UHGV virus genome: UHGV-2137483
DNA: 10,960 nt
Direction: 5' to 3' (one strand)
Source of the DNA: a virus
Shown in pieces: positions 1-7,441 of this stretch; the first letter of the stretch is position 1; each line of letters begins with the position of its first letter. The translations under genes and the position numbers were made by a program. The notes below the pieces were generated by a model. That model searched no databases. It had not been told where the DNA came from and worked only from the letters and a program-made list of their open reading frames with translations.

Positions 1-1
1 G

Positions 2-589
2 GTCGATGGCCTGAACTTTGCTGCTCAGTATCAGGGTAAAAATGACCGCACTGACGTAACTGAAGCCAATGGTGATGGTTTCGGTTTCTCCACTACTTAT
101 GAGTATGAAGGATTCGGCGTGGGTGCAACCTATGCTAAATCAGATCGCACTGACGGTCAGGTCGCCTATGGTAAGAGCAAATTCAATGCCTCCGGCAAAA
201 ATGCGGAAGTATGGGCTGCAGGCCTGAAATATGATGCGAACAATATCTATCTGGCTACCACATATTCTGAAACTCAGAATATGACCGTTTTTGGTAATAA
301 CCATATTGCAAACAAAGCACAAAACTTTGAAGCAGTAGCACAATATCAGTTTGACTTCGGTCTGCGTCCATCTGTTGCTTACCTTCAGTCAAAAGGTAAA
401 GACCTTGGTGTTCATGGTGACCGAGACTTAGTCAAGTATGTCGATGTCGGTGCTACTTACTACTTTAATAAAAACATGTCCACTTTTGTTGATTACAAAA
501 TCAACTTAATTGACGATAGTAAGTTTACCAAAACAGCTGGTATTGATACCGACGACATCGTCGCTGTAGGTCTGGTTTATCAGTTCTAA
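2..589 (+). CDS. nmpC: outer-membrane porin, OmpC/NmpC family, C-terminal ~195 codons (5' end lies outside the window)
   Basis: Frame is open from position 2 to TAA at 587-589. Translation shows alternating beta-strand pattern and ends in the classic porin C-terminus ...[12 protein letters not shown]. Convergent with Q, as in DLP12-type prophages. Symbol is tentative. Confidence 0.7.
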   Translation, partial: VDGLNFAAQYQGKNDRTDVTEANGDGFGFSTTYEYEGFGVGATYAKSDRTDGQVAYGKSKFNASGKNAEVWAAGLKYDANNIYLATTYSETQNMTVFGNNHIANKAQNFEAVAQYQFDFGLRPSVAYLQSKGKDLGVHGDRDLVKYVDVGATYYFNKNMSTFVDYKINLIDDSKFTKTAGIDTDDIVAVGLVYQF

Positions 590-610
590 TCTGACTTACG
601 AAAAAGATAT

Positions 611-636
611 GTTGCGGGAGGCTTTGCCTCCGCAAC
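611..636 (-). terminator. long imperfect hairpin, candidate minus-strand terminator downstream of Q (tR'-like)
   Basis: gttgcgggaggc / ttt / gcctccgcaac: about 11 bp stem with a one-base bulge. On the minus strand a T5 run (601-605) follows after a 5-nt spacer, so geometry is not canonical. Confidence 0.3.
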
Positions 637-727
637 ATATAAGTGGAGCCCTCAAGCCACTTCCTTTAGAAGCACTACCTTGCTTCTTACTATATAAACC
701 TTCTGTTATATATTACCCTTTATTTTG

Positions 728-751
728 GGGGCGTTTCCACGCCCCATTTTT
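728..751 (+). terminator. intrinsic terminator-like hairpin plus T-run
   Basis: ggggcg (728-733) / loop tttcca / cgcccc (740-745), followed by ttttt (747-751). Lies between the porin stop and the Q stop. Confidence 0.4.
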
Positions 752-777
752 AATAACTTTTAGTAAACAATTGCATA

Positions 778-1161
778 TCAATTAGAATTATTAGCAACGA
801 TATCCATATCTAACCGGATATCTAATGCCATTAACATCCCTTCAATTATGCCCTCAGCCTTCTGTAACCTTTTCCCGATATAACCATCCGAGCAGCAATG
901 CTTACTTGCCAGTGACATGAATGTCATACCACATACATAATAATCTACTAATAAATCGTGTAAATCGCTGTTGTTCTTTTTCAGACGGGCCATGCACCCG
1001 CAAATGATCATCGCGTCATCGTCACAACATTGCGGGCGAGATTTTACTTTTGAAGGAATTAATCCCTTAAAACCGGCGGCAATGGACGACCAGGTCACAT
1101 CTTCATGATTATTAGCCGCCCACGCACCCCAACGCTCAAGAACCATCTGAATATCACGCAT
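778..1161 (-). CDS. Q: late-gene antitermination protein Q (QuuD / phage 82 type)
   Basis: Translation [26 protein letters not shown]...[18 protein letters not shown]... matches the Q antiterminator family as I recall it. ATG at 1161-1159 is preceded by GGAG with a 7-nt spacer; the ORF-track TTG start at 1176 is probably too far upstream. Confidence 0.85.
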   Translation of the reverse strand: MRDIQMVLERWGAWAANNHEDVTWSSIAAGFKGLIPSKVKSRPQCCDDDAMIICGCMARLKKNNSDLHDLLVDYYVCGMTFMSLASKHCCSDGYIGKRLQKAEGIIEGMLMALDIRLDMDIVANNSN

Positions 1162-1246
1162 CAACTTACTCCACAAAAATCAGACCAGAACGCCAATTAC
1201 AAGCAAAAATCAACAAAACAGTATTAGTTGATTGTTATCTCTGACT

Positions 1247-1387
1247 TCATACTCCTGTTCCTGTCAGGGTTTTGGCGTAATTCTTCAGTATTCGGTAATC
1301 GGTCAAAACAGAACCGAGGAAACGATATAAGCGCAGACGCCCCCAGCGGTGGCGAAGAAGTTCTGCCATATTAAACTCAAACATCAT
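1247..1387 (-). CDS. ylcG: small DLP12-type prophage protein YlcG (46 aa)
   Basis: Below the ORF-track length cutoff. Translation [46 protein letters not shown]. Its ATG overlaps the rusA stop (ATGA at 1384-1387). Confidence 0.55.
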   Translation of the reverse strand: MMFEFNMAELLRHRWGRLRLYRFLGSVLTDYRILKNYAKTLTGTGV

Positions 1388-1746
1388 TCATTCCCCATTT
1401 CGGTGATGGTCAGTTCCAGCCTCCCACCTTTGGTAACAGGCATCTTCACAACGCGGTAATCAACGACCTGAGCATCATCCAGCCAGAAACCTGCTTTAGT
1501 GAGTGCGTCAAAAGCGGCTTTTTGCAGATTATCCAGGTCACGGCGACGGCGATCCGGCATGTGGCACTCAATGCGGATTTTCACAGGCATAGCCAGGCCG
1601 ATATCCAGCATTGCGTTTTTAATGATTCGGGCGACGTTATCGCGGTATGCCTGCCCCTCTGCGCTGACGTGCGTGCGCCCGCGATTATGGCGGTAATAGC
1701 GATTATTGCTCGGAGGCCAGGGTAATGTGATGCTGTAGGTATTCAC
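1384..1746 (-). CDS. rusA: Holliday-junction resolvase RusA
   Basis: Full-length translation [34 protein letters not shown]... matches RusA as I recall it. Start codon is GTG (1746-1744), overlapping the upstream stop as GTGA. Confidence 0.9.
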   Translation of the reverse strand: MNTYSITLPWPPSNNRYYRHNRGRTHVSAEGQAYRDNVARIIKNAMLDIGLAMPVKIRIECHMPDRRRRDLDNLQKAAFDALTKAGFWLDDAQVVDYRVVKMPVTKGGRLELTITEMGNE

Positions 1747-1871
1747 GCCTTAATAACCCCCTCTTTCAGCCACATAACCTGTGTTCTCGCCATACCTTCC
1801 AGCGCGCATTCTTTTGCATATGCAGCATCGACTTGCTTGGCATGCCCTTTACCGGCAATCTTCTGTATGCG
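1746..1871 (-). pseudogene. ybcO: 3' remnant of a ybcO-like (DUF1364) nin-region gene
   Basis: In-frame translation ...[32 protein letters not shown] matches the YbcO C-terminus from memory. The frame is closed upstream by TAG at 1874-1872 and no frame encodes a YbcO-like N-terminus. Confidence 0.45.
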
Positions 1872-1952
1872 CTAAACCTAGATAGAATCCACTCTGTGCA
1901 CATTGAAGCCCGCTCTATGCTTTCTTTCAGGTATTGAAGGGATTGAGATGGG

Positions 1953-2300
1953 CTAAGCATTATTGGCCTCCTGCATCAGGAGAAAGACAATCATGGCGGC
2001 GCGGAGAGGTCTGGTATCAAATATTGGGCTTACGCCTTTTGCATCCACACACCATTCAGTTAACTGGTCTAAGATAGAAATCCTGTATTTCTCAATAATC
2101 GGCCATGAAGCGCTCGGATCATTGCAGTAGTCAGGCAAATGATTTAATGGCTCAAAAGTTGTATCAGCATTTCCGTAATACCATTTGTTGGTGTTATTCC
2201 CTGATGTTTCCGGTTTACTTGCCCAAAGGCCTTTAAAAATTATGTCTCCTACCATTCTGTTAATTTCAAAATCACTTAACTGTGAATAATCCATTGTCAT
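1953..2300 (-). CDS. hypothetical nin-region phage protein (~115 aa)
   Basis: [39 protein letters not shown].... ATG at 2300-2298 overlaps the ninE stop (ATGA); a second ATG follows at 2294. Family not recognised with confidence. Confidence 0.6.
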   Translation of the reverse strand: MTMDYSQLSDFEINRMVGDIIFKGLWASKPETSGNNTNKWYYGNADTTFEPLNHLPDYCNDPSASWPIIEKYRISILDQLTEWCVDAKGVSPIFDTRPLRAAMIVFLLMQEANNA

Positions 2301-2473
2301 TTCCTCGCACGATATCTTAGCCACCGGATATCCCACAGGTGGGCTGTGTAATTGAAGGTTTTTACGTCAGATTCTTTTGGGATTAGCTTGCGTTTATTTC
2401 TGGAGCGTTTCGTTGGAAGGTATTTGCAGTTTTCGCAGATTATGTCGGTGATGCTTCGTCGCTGTCGTCTCAT
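2297..2473 (-). CDS. ninE: NinE
   Basis: Translation [58 protein letters not shown] matches lambda NinE as recalled. ATG overlaps the methyltransferase stop (ATGA at 2470-2473). The ORF-track N-terminal extension is rejected. Confidence 0.75.
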   Translation of the reverse strand: MRRQRRSITDIICENCKYLPTKRSRNKRKLIPKESDVKTFNYTAHLWDIRWLRYRARK

Positions 2474-2997
2474 GCAGCCCTCCTGACGCCCTGCCCGATC
2501 GCCATCAATGCCGCTTTGGATACGGTAGTAAACATCCGTCGAGGACTGATGAACGGTCGCCAAATCAGCAGCATGGAGCCTTTGCTGTTTCCCTTCTTCT
2601 CCAGCCCTGTCGATGGTTCGATAAAATTAATCCGTCCATCAGTGATAATACGAACTTCGTCAACACTCTCCAGAGCCTTGCTGAACCATCCGACAGACAT
2701 ATCCTCTGGCACAAGCATCACTACCGTCTGTCGCTGTTGTATACACTGCTCAGCGGCTTTTTCCACCCACGGCCTGATATTGCTGTACGGTGGGTTATTC
2801 CAGATTGCACCGTGGCTTACCCACTCAGAATTGAGCGCGTCGTCGTCCTCAGTTAGCCAGTGAGCGCACAGAGCATTTTTGTCGCTCGCTGCCGAATCCA
2901 GCCAGAATCCAAACTCAATATCCAGTGCATCAAAAAGCCAAAGCGGCGTTTGCCAGCAGTCCTTGTCGTGTGCTGGCGTATTTGATTTGATAGTCAT
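2470..2997 (-). CDS. phage orphan DNA N6-adenine methyltransferase (Dam-like)
   Basis: Translation [26 protein letters not shown]... contains the catalytic NPPY motif (..[10 protein letters not shown]..) and the N-terminal WQTP block typical of phage Dam-type enzymes. ATG at 2997-2995 overlaps the ninB stop (ATGA). Confidence 0.85.
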   Translation of the reverse strand: MTIKSNTPAHDKDCWQTPLWLFDALDIEFGFWLDSAASDKNALCAHWLTEDDDALNSEWVSHGAIWNNPPYSNIRPWVEKAAEQCIQQRQTVVMLVPEDMSVGWFSKALESVDEVRIITDGRINFIEPSTGLEKKGNSKGSMLLIWRPFISPRRMFTTVSKAALMAIGQGVRRAA

Positions 2998-3434
2998 GCA
3001 GCCCGATCTCCCCATCGCGCTTTCCATTCGAGAGCCAGTCGCGCTTCGTCTGACCACTTAACGCCACGCTCTGTACCGAATGCCTGTATAAGCTCTAATA
3101 GCTCCGCAAATTCGCTTACACGCATCCTGCTGGTTGACTGGCCTATTACCACAAAGCCATTCCCGGCAAGGTTAGGAACAACATCCTGCTGCTTTAATGC
3201 TGCGGTAAACACACACTTCCAGCTTTCTGCATCCAGCCAGCGACCATGCCATTCAACCTGACGAGAGACGTCACCTAAGCAGGCCCATAGCTTCCTGTTT
3301 TGGTCTAAGCTGCGGTTGCGTTCCTGAATGGTTACTACGATTGGTTTGGTTGGGTCTGGAAGGATTTGCTGTACTGCGTGAATAGCGTTTTGCTGATGTG
3401 CCGGAGATCGAATTTCAAAGGTTAGTTTTTTCAT
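2994..3434 (-). CDS. ninB: recombination protein NinB (Orf)
   Basis: Translation MKKLTFEIRSPAHQQNAIHAVQQILPDPTKPIVVTIQERNRSLDQNRKLWACLGDV... is near-identical to lambda NinB as recalled. ATG at 3434-3432 follows a G-rich Shine-Dalgarno. Confidence 0.9.
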   Translation of the reverse strand: MKKLTFEIRSPAHQQNAIHAVQQILPDPTKPIVVTIQERNRSLDQNRKLWACLGDVSRQVEWHGRWLDAESWKCVFTAALKQQDVVPNLAGNGFVVIGQSTSRMRVSEFAELLELIQAFGTERGVKWSDEARLALEWKARWGDRAA

Positions 3435-3450
3435 GACTTCCCTCTCCCCC

Positions 3451-3482
3451 AAATAAAAAGGCCTGCGATTACCTGCAGGCCT
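3451..3482 (-). terminator. intrinsic terminator between ren and ninB (tR2-like)
   Basis: 8-bp perfect stem aggcctgc (3459-3466) / gcaggcct (3475-3482) with an 8-nt loop. On the minus strand it is followed by a T-rich run (complement of aaataaaaa, 3451-3459). Confidence 0.6.
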
Positions 3483-3507
3483 GTTATTAGCTCAGTGATG
3501 TAGATGG

Positions 3508-3798
3508 TCATCTTTTAACTCCATATACCGCCAATATCCGTTTCATCGTGGCACTCTGGCGACACTCCTTAAAAATCAGGTTCGTGCTCATCTTTCCTTC
3601 CCGTTCTTCCTTGGTAGCAAACCGGTAATACACCGTTCGCCAGACCTTACCTTCGATAACCAGAAGACCTGCCCGTGCCATTTTAGCCGCGGCCTGATTT
3701 ATGCTGGTTACTGTTGCGCCTGTTAGCGCGGCAACGTCCGGCGCACAGAAGCTATTATGCGTCCCCAGGTAATGAATAATTGCCTCTTTGCCCGTCAT
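3508..3798 (-). CDS. ren: Ren
   Basis: 96-aa translation MTGKEAIIHYLGTHNSFCAPDVAALTGATVTSINQAAAKMARAGLLVIEGKVWRTVYYRFATKEEREGKMSTNLIFKECRQSATMKRILAVYGVKR matches lambda Ren as recalled. ATG overlaps the P stop (ATGA). Confidence 0.85.
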   Translation of the reverse strand: MTGKEAIIHYLGTHNSFCAPDVAALTGATVTSINQAAAKMARAGLLVIEGKVWRTVYYRFATKEEREGKMSTNLIFKECRQSATMKRILAVYGVKR

Positions 3799-4496
3799 AC
3801 ACTTGCTCCTTTCAGTCCTAACTTAGCTTTAATTTCTGCGATCTTCGCCAGCGCCTGAACACGATTTAGAGGTCTGCCGCCCATGACAGGAAGTTGTTTT
3901 ACTGGTTCAGGTATCGTCTCACCACGGTTAATTCGCGCTGTCATACAGGTCAGTTCATCGGCAGCCTTGCGTCGTAATTCCGCGTCAGTCAGCGCATTGG
4001 CCCGCATGTTCTGGTACAGGTTGGTAACCAGCCAGTAGTGCGCGTTCGATTTCCACGGATAAGACTCTGCATCCGGATACAGGCCTCGCTTCCGGCAATA
4101 CTCGTAAACCATATCAACCAGCTCGCTGACGTTTGGCAGTCCGGCGATAACGGATGCTTCTTCCCGGCACCATGCAACAAACTGCCCGGGTGATGGCAGA
4201 AATGGTCGATTCTGCCGACGGGCTACGCGCATTCCTGCGTTAACCTGTTCCATTGTGGTGATCCCGTTTTCCCGGAAAGCCAGAACCCACTGGCGGCGGA
4301 TTTCGTTCAGTTCGTTCTGGTCACGGTTAGCCAGACTCGCCGGGAAAGTTGCCAGTAACTGGCTGAACACACCGTTGATGATCTGCGCTACCTGCTGTAC
4401 CTGCGGCTTTTCGTCGTACTGTTCCGGCATGTTGTTGGCGATCCGACGCATCTGCTCACGGTCAAAATTAACCATCTGTGCGGCGATGTTTTTCAT
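3795..4496 (-). CDS. P: replication protein P (DnaB helicase loader)
   Basis: 233-aa translation MKNIAAQMVNFDREQMRRIANNMPEQYDEKPQVQQVAQIINGVF... is near-identical to lambda P as recalled. ATG overlaps the O stop (ATGA). Confidence 0.95.
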   Translation of the reverse strand: MKNIAAQMVNFDREQMRRIANNMPEQYDEKPQVQQVAQIINGVFSQLLATFPASLANRDQNELNEIRRQWVLAFRENGITTMEQVNAGMRVARRQNRPFLPSPGQFVAWCREEASVIAGLPNVSELVDMVYEYCRKRGLYPDAESYPWKSNAHYWLVTNLYQNMRANALTDAELRRKAADELTCMTARINRGETIPEPVKQLPVMGGRPLNRVQALAKIAEIKAKLGLKGASV

Positions 4497-5392
4497 AAAT
4501 CCACCCCGTAAATCCAGTCAGTGTTTGTCAGGTCGAGTTTTGGTTTGCAGGCTGTCACACCTGCCTGTTGCTTGTTACGGTTGATTTCGAGCTGGGTCCA
4601 CTTGTCGCGGAGTTTGGCCGGGCTCAGCACGTTACCGGACCAGAAGTTGTCCTGGCATGCCCAGCGGAACAGTACACACATGTCGCGATGGTTACGTCCG
4701 TCACGTTCACGCATCAGGCGGATATCGTTAGCCCACCCTGCAAAATTCGGTTTTCTGGCTGATGGCGCGATGGTCTTCACCATGTCAAACATCCATTCTG
4801 CGGCGGTCAGGTCTTCTGCTGTCCCCCACTTGCTGCCGCTCTGAATTGCAGCATCCGGTTTCACCACAGAAAGGTCGTTTTCTGGCTGGTCAGAGGATTC
4901 GCCAGAATTCTCTGACGAATAATCTTTTCTTTTTTCTTTTGTAATAGTGTCTTTTGTGTCCCCCTGTTTTGAGGGATAGCAATCCCCCAATTTGAGGGAT
5001 GTTTTATCCCTCGTTTTAGGGGATTTTCCCTCGTTTTGAGGGATACACCATTCTGAGATGTTTTTATTTGGTCCAAACATGCCGCCTTGCTGCTTGATAA
5101 TATTCATTCTGACGAGTTCTAACTTGGCTTCATTGCACCGTTTGACGGGTAACTTTGTAATCTCGCTAAGTTGAGAATCGGTGATTCTGTCCATTGGTTT
5201 ATTCCATCCATAGGTTTTACGCAGAATGGCAAGCAGCACTTTAAACTGTCGCTTGGTCAGATCTGCGCCTGAATAAGCCTCAAGCAGCATATTTGATAGT
5301 CTGGCGTAACCATCATCGAGATCTGCCACATTACGCTCCTGTTTGGCAAAGTTACCTCTGCAGAAGTTGAGTATTTTTGCTGTATTTGTCAT
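4493..5392 (-). CDS. O: replication initiator O
   Basis: 299-aa translation MTNTAKILNFCRGNFAKQERNVADLDDGYARLSNMLLEAYSGADLTKRQFKVLLAILRKTYGWNKP... matches lambda O as recalled. The ori iterons lie inside the gene, as in lambda. Confidence 0.95.
   Translation of the reverse strand: MTNTAKILNFCRGNFAKQERNVADLDDGYARLSNMLLEAYSGADLTKRQFKVLLAILRKTYGWNKPMDRITDSQLSEITKLPVKRCNEAKLELVRMNIIKQQGGMFGPNKNISEWCIPQNEGKSPKTRDKTSLKLGDCYPSKQGDTKDTITKEKRKDYSSENSGESSDQPENDLSVVKPDAAIQSGSKWGTAEDLTAAEWMFDMVKTIAPSARKPNFAGWANDIRLMRERDGRNHRDMCVLFRWACQDNFWSGNVLSPAKLRDKWTQLEINRNKQQAGVTACKPKLDLTNTDWIYGVDL
4915..5043. repeat. ori-lambda-type replication origin: four ~18-bp iterons plus adjacent AT-rich region, inside O
   Basis: Four tandem copies of tCCCyc-N-ttGAGGGA at about 4959-4976, 4982-4999, 5006-5023 and 5027-5043. 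The AT-rich tract gaataatcttttcttttttcttttgtaatagtgtcttttgtg lies at 4915-4958. Confidence 0.85.
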
Positions 5393-5401
5393 AATGACTC
5401 C

Positions 5402-5478
5402 TGTGGATTGATCCAGTAATGACCTCAGAATTCCATCTGGATTTGTTCAGAACGCTCGGTTGCCGCCGGGCGTTTTTT
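5402..5478 (+). ncRNA. oop: oop antisense RNA with promoter pO and terminator
   Basis: Terminator at 5453-5478: cgctcgg / ttgccg / ccgggcg then tttttt, which I recall as the lambda oop terminator. Candidate promoter TTGAGT (5367-5372), 17-bp spacer, CATAAT (5390-5395) gives a ~77-nt RNA antisense to the cII 3' end. The 5' end is an estimate. Confidence 0.65.
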
Positions 5479-5716
5479 ATTGGTGAGTCCATCAAGCGCA
5501 TACTTAAAAGCCCTGCTAACTGATGTCTGATGCCATTCCGAAAGCACACAAGACCGAAGCAATAAATCTCCAGTCCGTTCTGCTTATCTTCGATTCATGA
5601 CAGCCAATCATCTTTGCCAGACCGCGCTGGGTAATAGCTGACAGATTGATAAGTAAATCTGTTTCTGCGCGATCAACGTCACGCTGTGATAGTTTGCTGT
5701 AACTTGTTCTTTCCAT
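5425..5716 (-). pseudogene. cII: cII-like transcriptional activator, reading frame broken by a frameshift
   Basis: From ATG 5716-5714 the frame reads MERTSYSKLSQRDVDRAETDLLINLSAITQRGLAKMIGCHESKISRTDWRFIASVLCAFGMASDIS then stops. The +1 frame continues ...EWHQTSVSRAFKYALDGLTNKKRPAATERSEQIQMEF to TGA at 5427-5425; the last ~20 residues equal the lambda cII C-terminus as recalled. Confidence 0.6.
5694..5707 (+). promoter_or_regulatory. candidate CII-binding repeat of a pRE-like promoter (TTGC-N6-TTGT)
   Basis: ttgc tgtaac ttgt lies antisense within the first codons of cII, the position of pRE in lambda. No convincing -10 element was found. Confidence 0.3.
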
Positions 5717-5801
5717 TTCTTAAGATTTCCAATAGTGAATAGTTAGTTGAAAGGTATGCGTGGAAACGCATATGGCCTTAGTTGGTCAGATATCTTGGAA
5801 C

Positions 5802-5847
5802 TCGCTTTTCAGCGACGTAGGACGAATGTCCGTTGTTACAAAGAGCG
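5802..5847 (-). promoter_or_regulatory. nutR (boxA plus boxB hairpin)
   Basis: Minus strand reads CGCTCTTT (boxA, 5847-5840), 24 nt, then tcgc-tgaaaa-gcga hairpin (boxB, 5815-5802). Almost the same arrangement recurs at nutL. Confidence 0.55.
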
Positions 5848-5857
5848 GATCCGCTTA

Positions 5858-6073
5858 TTAAGCGGCTTTGTGTTCCGGCGGGAACACGTCATCAAGACTG
5901 ACTTTTGCGCCTAACTTGTTTAGGCACGCAACAAGAGCACGGCATGTTTTAAGGTCTGGGAAGCGACGACCAGATTCCCAATGTCCGATAGCTCCCTGTG
6001 TGCATCCAACTGCCTTAGCAAGTGTTGTTTGAGAGATATTCAGTGACTCTCGATATTTTCGTAGGTTGCTCAT
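5858..6073 (-). CDS. cro: Cro-like HTH repressor (71 aa)
   Basis: Translation MSNLRKYRESLNISQTTLAKAVGCTQGAIGHWESGRRFPDLKTCRALVACLNKLGAKVSLDDVFPPEHKAA. ATG at 6073-6071 is preceded by GGAGGG (6082-6077). Divergent from cI across the operator region; the ORF-track 128-aa extension is rejected. Confidence 0.8.
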   Translation of the reverse strand: MSNLRKYRESLNISQTTLAKAVGCTQGAIGHWESGRRFPDLKTCRALVACLNKLGAKVSLDDVFPPEHKAA

Positions 6074-6100
6074 ATGCCCTCCATAGTAAACACGAATAAA

Positions 6101-6150
6101 AAAATACAATATGTACTTTGCGAATACAAGTAAAAATACACATTGTGCAT
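6101..6150. promoter_or_regulatory. OR operator region with candidate PR (minus strand) and PRM
   Basis: Minus-strand PR candidate: -35 TTGTAT (complement of 6124-6129), 17-bp spacer, -10 TATTTT (complement of 6101-6106). Operator-like element tacaatatgtactt at 6105-6118 and a related tacacattgtgcat at 6137-6150. The same element recurs at OL. Confidence 0.5.
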
Positions 6151-6190
6151 GGATGGTTCCAGTACAGAGCGTAATAATAAGGACATGAAA

Positions 6191-6844
6191 ATGAAATGGT
6201 ATGAACTGGCTAGATCCAGAATGAAAGAGCTCGGCATAACTCAAGAGAAGTTAGCCGAAGAGCTAGGTATGACGCAGGGTGGGATTGGACACTGGTTGCG
6301 CGGATCTCGTCATCCATCTCTTAGTGATATTGGTGTGGTGTTTAAATACCTTGGTATTGATAACATATCATTCAACCACGACGGGACATTTTCACCTGTT
6401 GGCGAATACTCATCGGCCCCAGTTAAAAAACAATATGAGTACCCTGTTTTTTCTCATGTTCAGGCTGGGATGTTCTCTCCAGAACTCAGAACCTTTACCA
6501 AAGGCGATACGGAGAGATTGGTAAGCACAACCAAAAAAGCCAGTGACTCTGCATTCTGGCTTGAGGTTGAAGGTAACTCAATGACCGCACCAACAGGTTC
6601 CAAACCCAGCTTTCCTGACGGGATGTTAATTCTGGTTGACCCTGAGCAAGCTGTTGAGCCCGGCGATTTCTGCATAGCCAGACTTGGTGGTGATGAATTT
6701 ACCTTCAAGAAACTGATCAGGGATAGCGGTCAGGTGTTTCTACAGCCACTAAACCCACAATACCCAATGATCCCATGCAATGAGAGTTGTTCCGTTGTGG
6801 GGAAAGTTATCGCCAGCCAATGGCCTGAAGAGACGTTTGGGTGA
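6191..6844 (+). CDS. cI: CI prophage repressor: non-lambda HTH N-terminal domain, lambda-like S24 autocleavage C-terminal domain
   Basis: C-terminal ~130 residues ([26 protein letters not shown]...[90 protein letters not shown]) match lambda cI as recalled. N-terminal HTH ([23 protein letters not shown]) is different. Start is uncertain: ATG 6191 follows AAGGA by 7 nt; alternatives at 6185, 6149 and TTG 6143. Confidence 0.9.
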   Translation: MKWYELARSRMKELGITQEKLAEELGMTQGGIGHWLRGSRHPSLSDIGVVFKYLGIDNISFNHDGTFSPVGEYSSAPVKKQYEYPVFSHVQAGMFSPELRTFTKGDTERLVSTTKKASDSAFWLEVEGNSMTAPTGSKPSFPDGMLILVDPEQAVEPGDFCIARLGGDEFTFKKLIRDSGQVFLQPLNPQYPMIPCNESCSVVGKVIASQWPEETFG

Positions 6845-6883
6845 TGAAACCACTTTTATCTACAATTTACAGGGCGGTAAACA

Positions 6884-7441
6884 TTGGCAAAAATAGATGA
6901 TTATCAGCCAAGCCAAGTAGAAGTTGATAAAGTACTTTATTGTAAAAAAATAGTTAACTTTTCTGGCGTTAAATGGAAACAGAAACCAAGTCGCTCTGAT
7001 ATGTGGCTACAAGCCCATATCATCCCCTTGGATGAGGATTGTATACCTATACAAGGGCTAAAGTTTGAACTGAAATGGAAACCAGATCAGGATTCAGAAC
7101 CTGATGACCCGATTTCTTACCCTAAAATAAATATTATTGCTTTCTATCATAACAAGAGGGTTTTCGCGGTAGATACCTATCACTTTGACAAACACACGAA
7201 TAGTTACAAGGTCGATCATCCGAAGTACCAAGATATCATTTACGGTGCTCACTACCATGTATACTATGAAGAAGCTGGATACTATAGTGATAGAATAGCG
7301 TTTCCAATCGAAGATGACATAAACCCAGATGACCTGGTAGGGTATTGGAATTACTTCTGTAAACATCTGAACATAACTTACTCTGGGAGAATACCTTTAC
7401 CGCTTGAAGATGAGTCGGGGCAAATGGGGTTTGGAATATGA
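6884..7441 (+). CDS. hypothetical protein, gene A of a two-gene cassette in the rexAB slot (185 aa if TTG start)
   Basis: ORF begins 39 nt after the cI stop with no intervening hairpin. First in-frame start is TTG 6884; the first ATG is at codon 40 (7001). No hydrophobic transmembrane stretch is evident. Contains a His/Tyr-rich segment (GAHYHVYYEEAGYY). Visibly AT-rich. No family recognised. Confidence 0.65.
   Translation: MAKIDDYQPSQVEVDKVLYCKKIVNFSGVKWKQKPSRSDMWLQAHIIPLDEDCIPIQGLKFELKWKPDQDSEPDDPISYPKINIIAFYHNKRVFAVDTYHFDKHTNSYKVDHPKYQDIIYGAHYHVYYEEAGYYSDRIAFPIEDDINPDDLVGYWNYFCKHLNITYSGRIPLPLEDESGQMGFGI

Noticed and set aside
140-343. 67-aa minus-strand ORF inside the porin gene
   Set aside because: Antisense to a well-supported porin reading frame; no ribosome-binding site and a low-complexity translation.
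1499-1725. Two plus-strand ORFs (65 and 67 aa) inside rusA
   Set aside because: Antisense to rusA; arginine-rich translations are typical of a wrong frame in GC-rich coding DNA.
1766-1960. 64-aa minus-strand ORF called as a gene
   Set aside because: Its frame is not the YbcO-like frame of the same DNA and its translation resembles nothing. Treated as an out-of-frame by-product of the ybcO truncation.
2297-3057. ORF-track N-terminal extensions of ninE (to 2563) and the methyltransferase (to 3057)
   Set aside because: The extensions overlap the upstream genes. Internal ATGs at 2473 and 2997 give ATGA coupling and the conserved N-termini MRRQRR and MTIKSNT.
2516-3061. Plus-strand ORFs (115 and 60 aa) across the methyltransferase and ninB
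   Set aside because: Antisense to strongly supported genes; serine-rich low-complexity translations.
4959-5043. Possible CRISPR array or IS terminal repeats suggested by the short tandem repeats
   Set aside because: Four ~18-bp direct repeats with no spacers, inside the O gene next to an AT-rich tract: the ori iteron pattern. No CRISPR-like arrays or transposase genes elsewhere.
3989-5076. Six overlapping ORFs of 60-109 aa on both strands within P, O and the ori region
   Set aside because: All lie inside or antisense to the near-lambda-identical O and P frames. Those over 4861-5076 are generated by the ori iterons and AT-rich tract.
5352-5549. 65-aa minus-strand ORF spanning the O start and cII 3' end
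   Set aside because: Third-frame artefact; the cII C-terminus is in a different frame and the region is covered by oop on the other strand.
5756-5771. Perfect hairpin atgcgt-ggaa-acgcat between nutR and cII, considered as tR1
   Set aside because: No U-run on either strand. Lambda tR1 is rho-dependent, so it cannot be assigned from sequence alone.
5858-6244. 128-aa extended form of cro
   Set aside because: The extension runs back through the operator region and the cI start. The ATG at 6073 has a strong GGAGGG site and yields a 71-aa Cro-sized HTH protein.
6279-6708. 81-aa plus and 82-aa minus ORFs inside cI
   Set aside because: Alternative-frame and antisense artefacts within the cI coding sequence.
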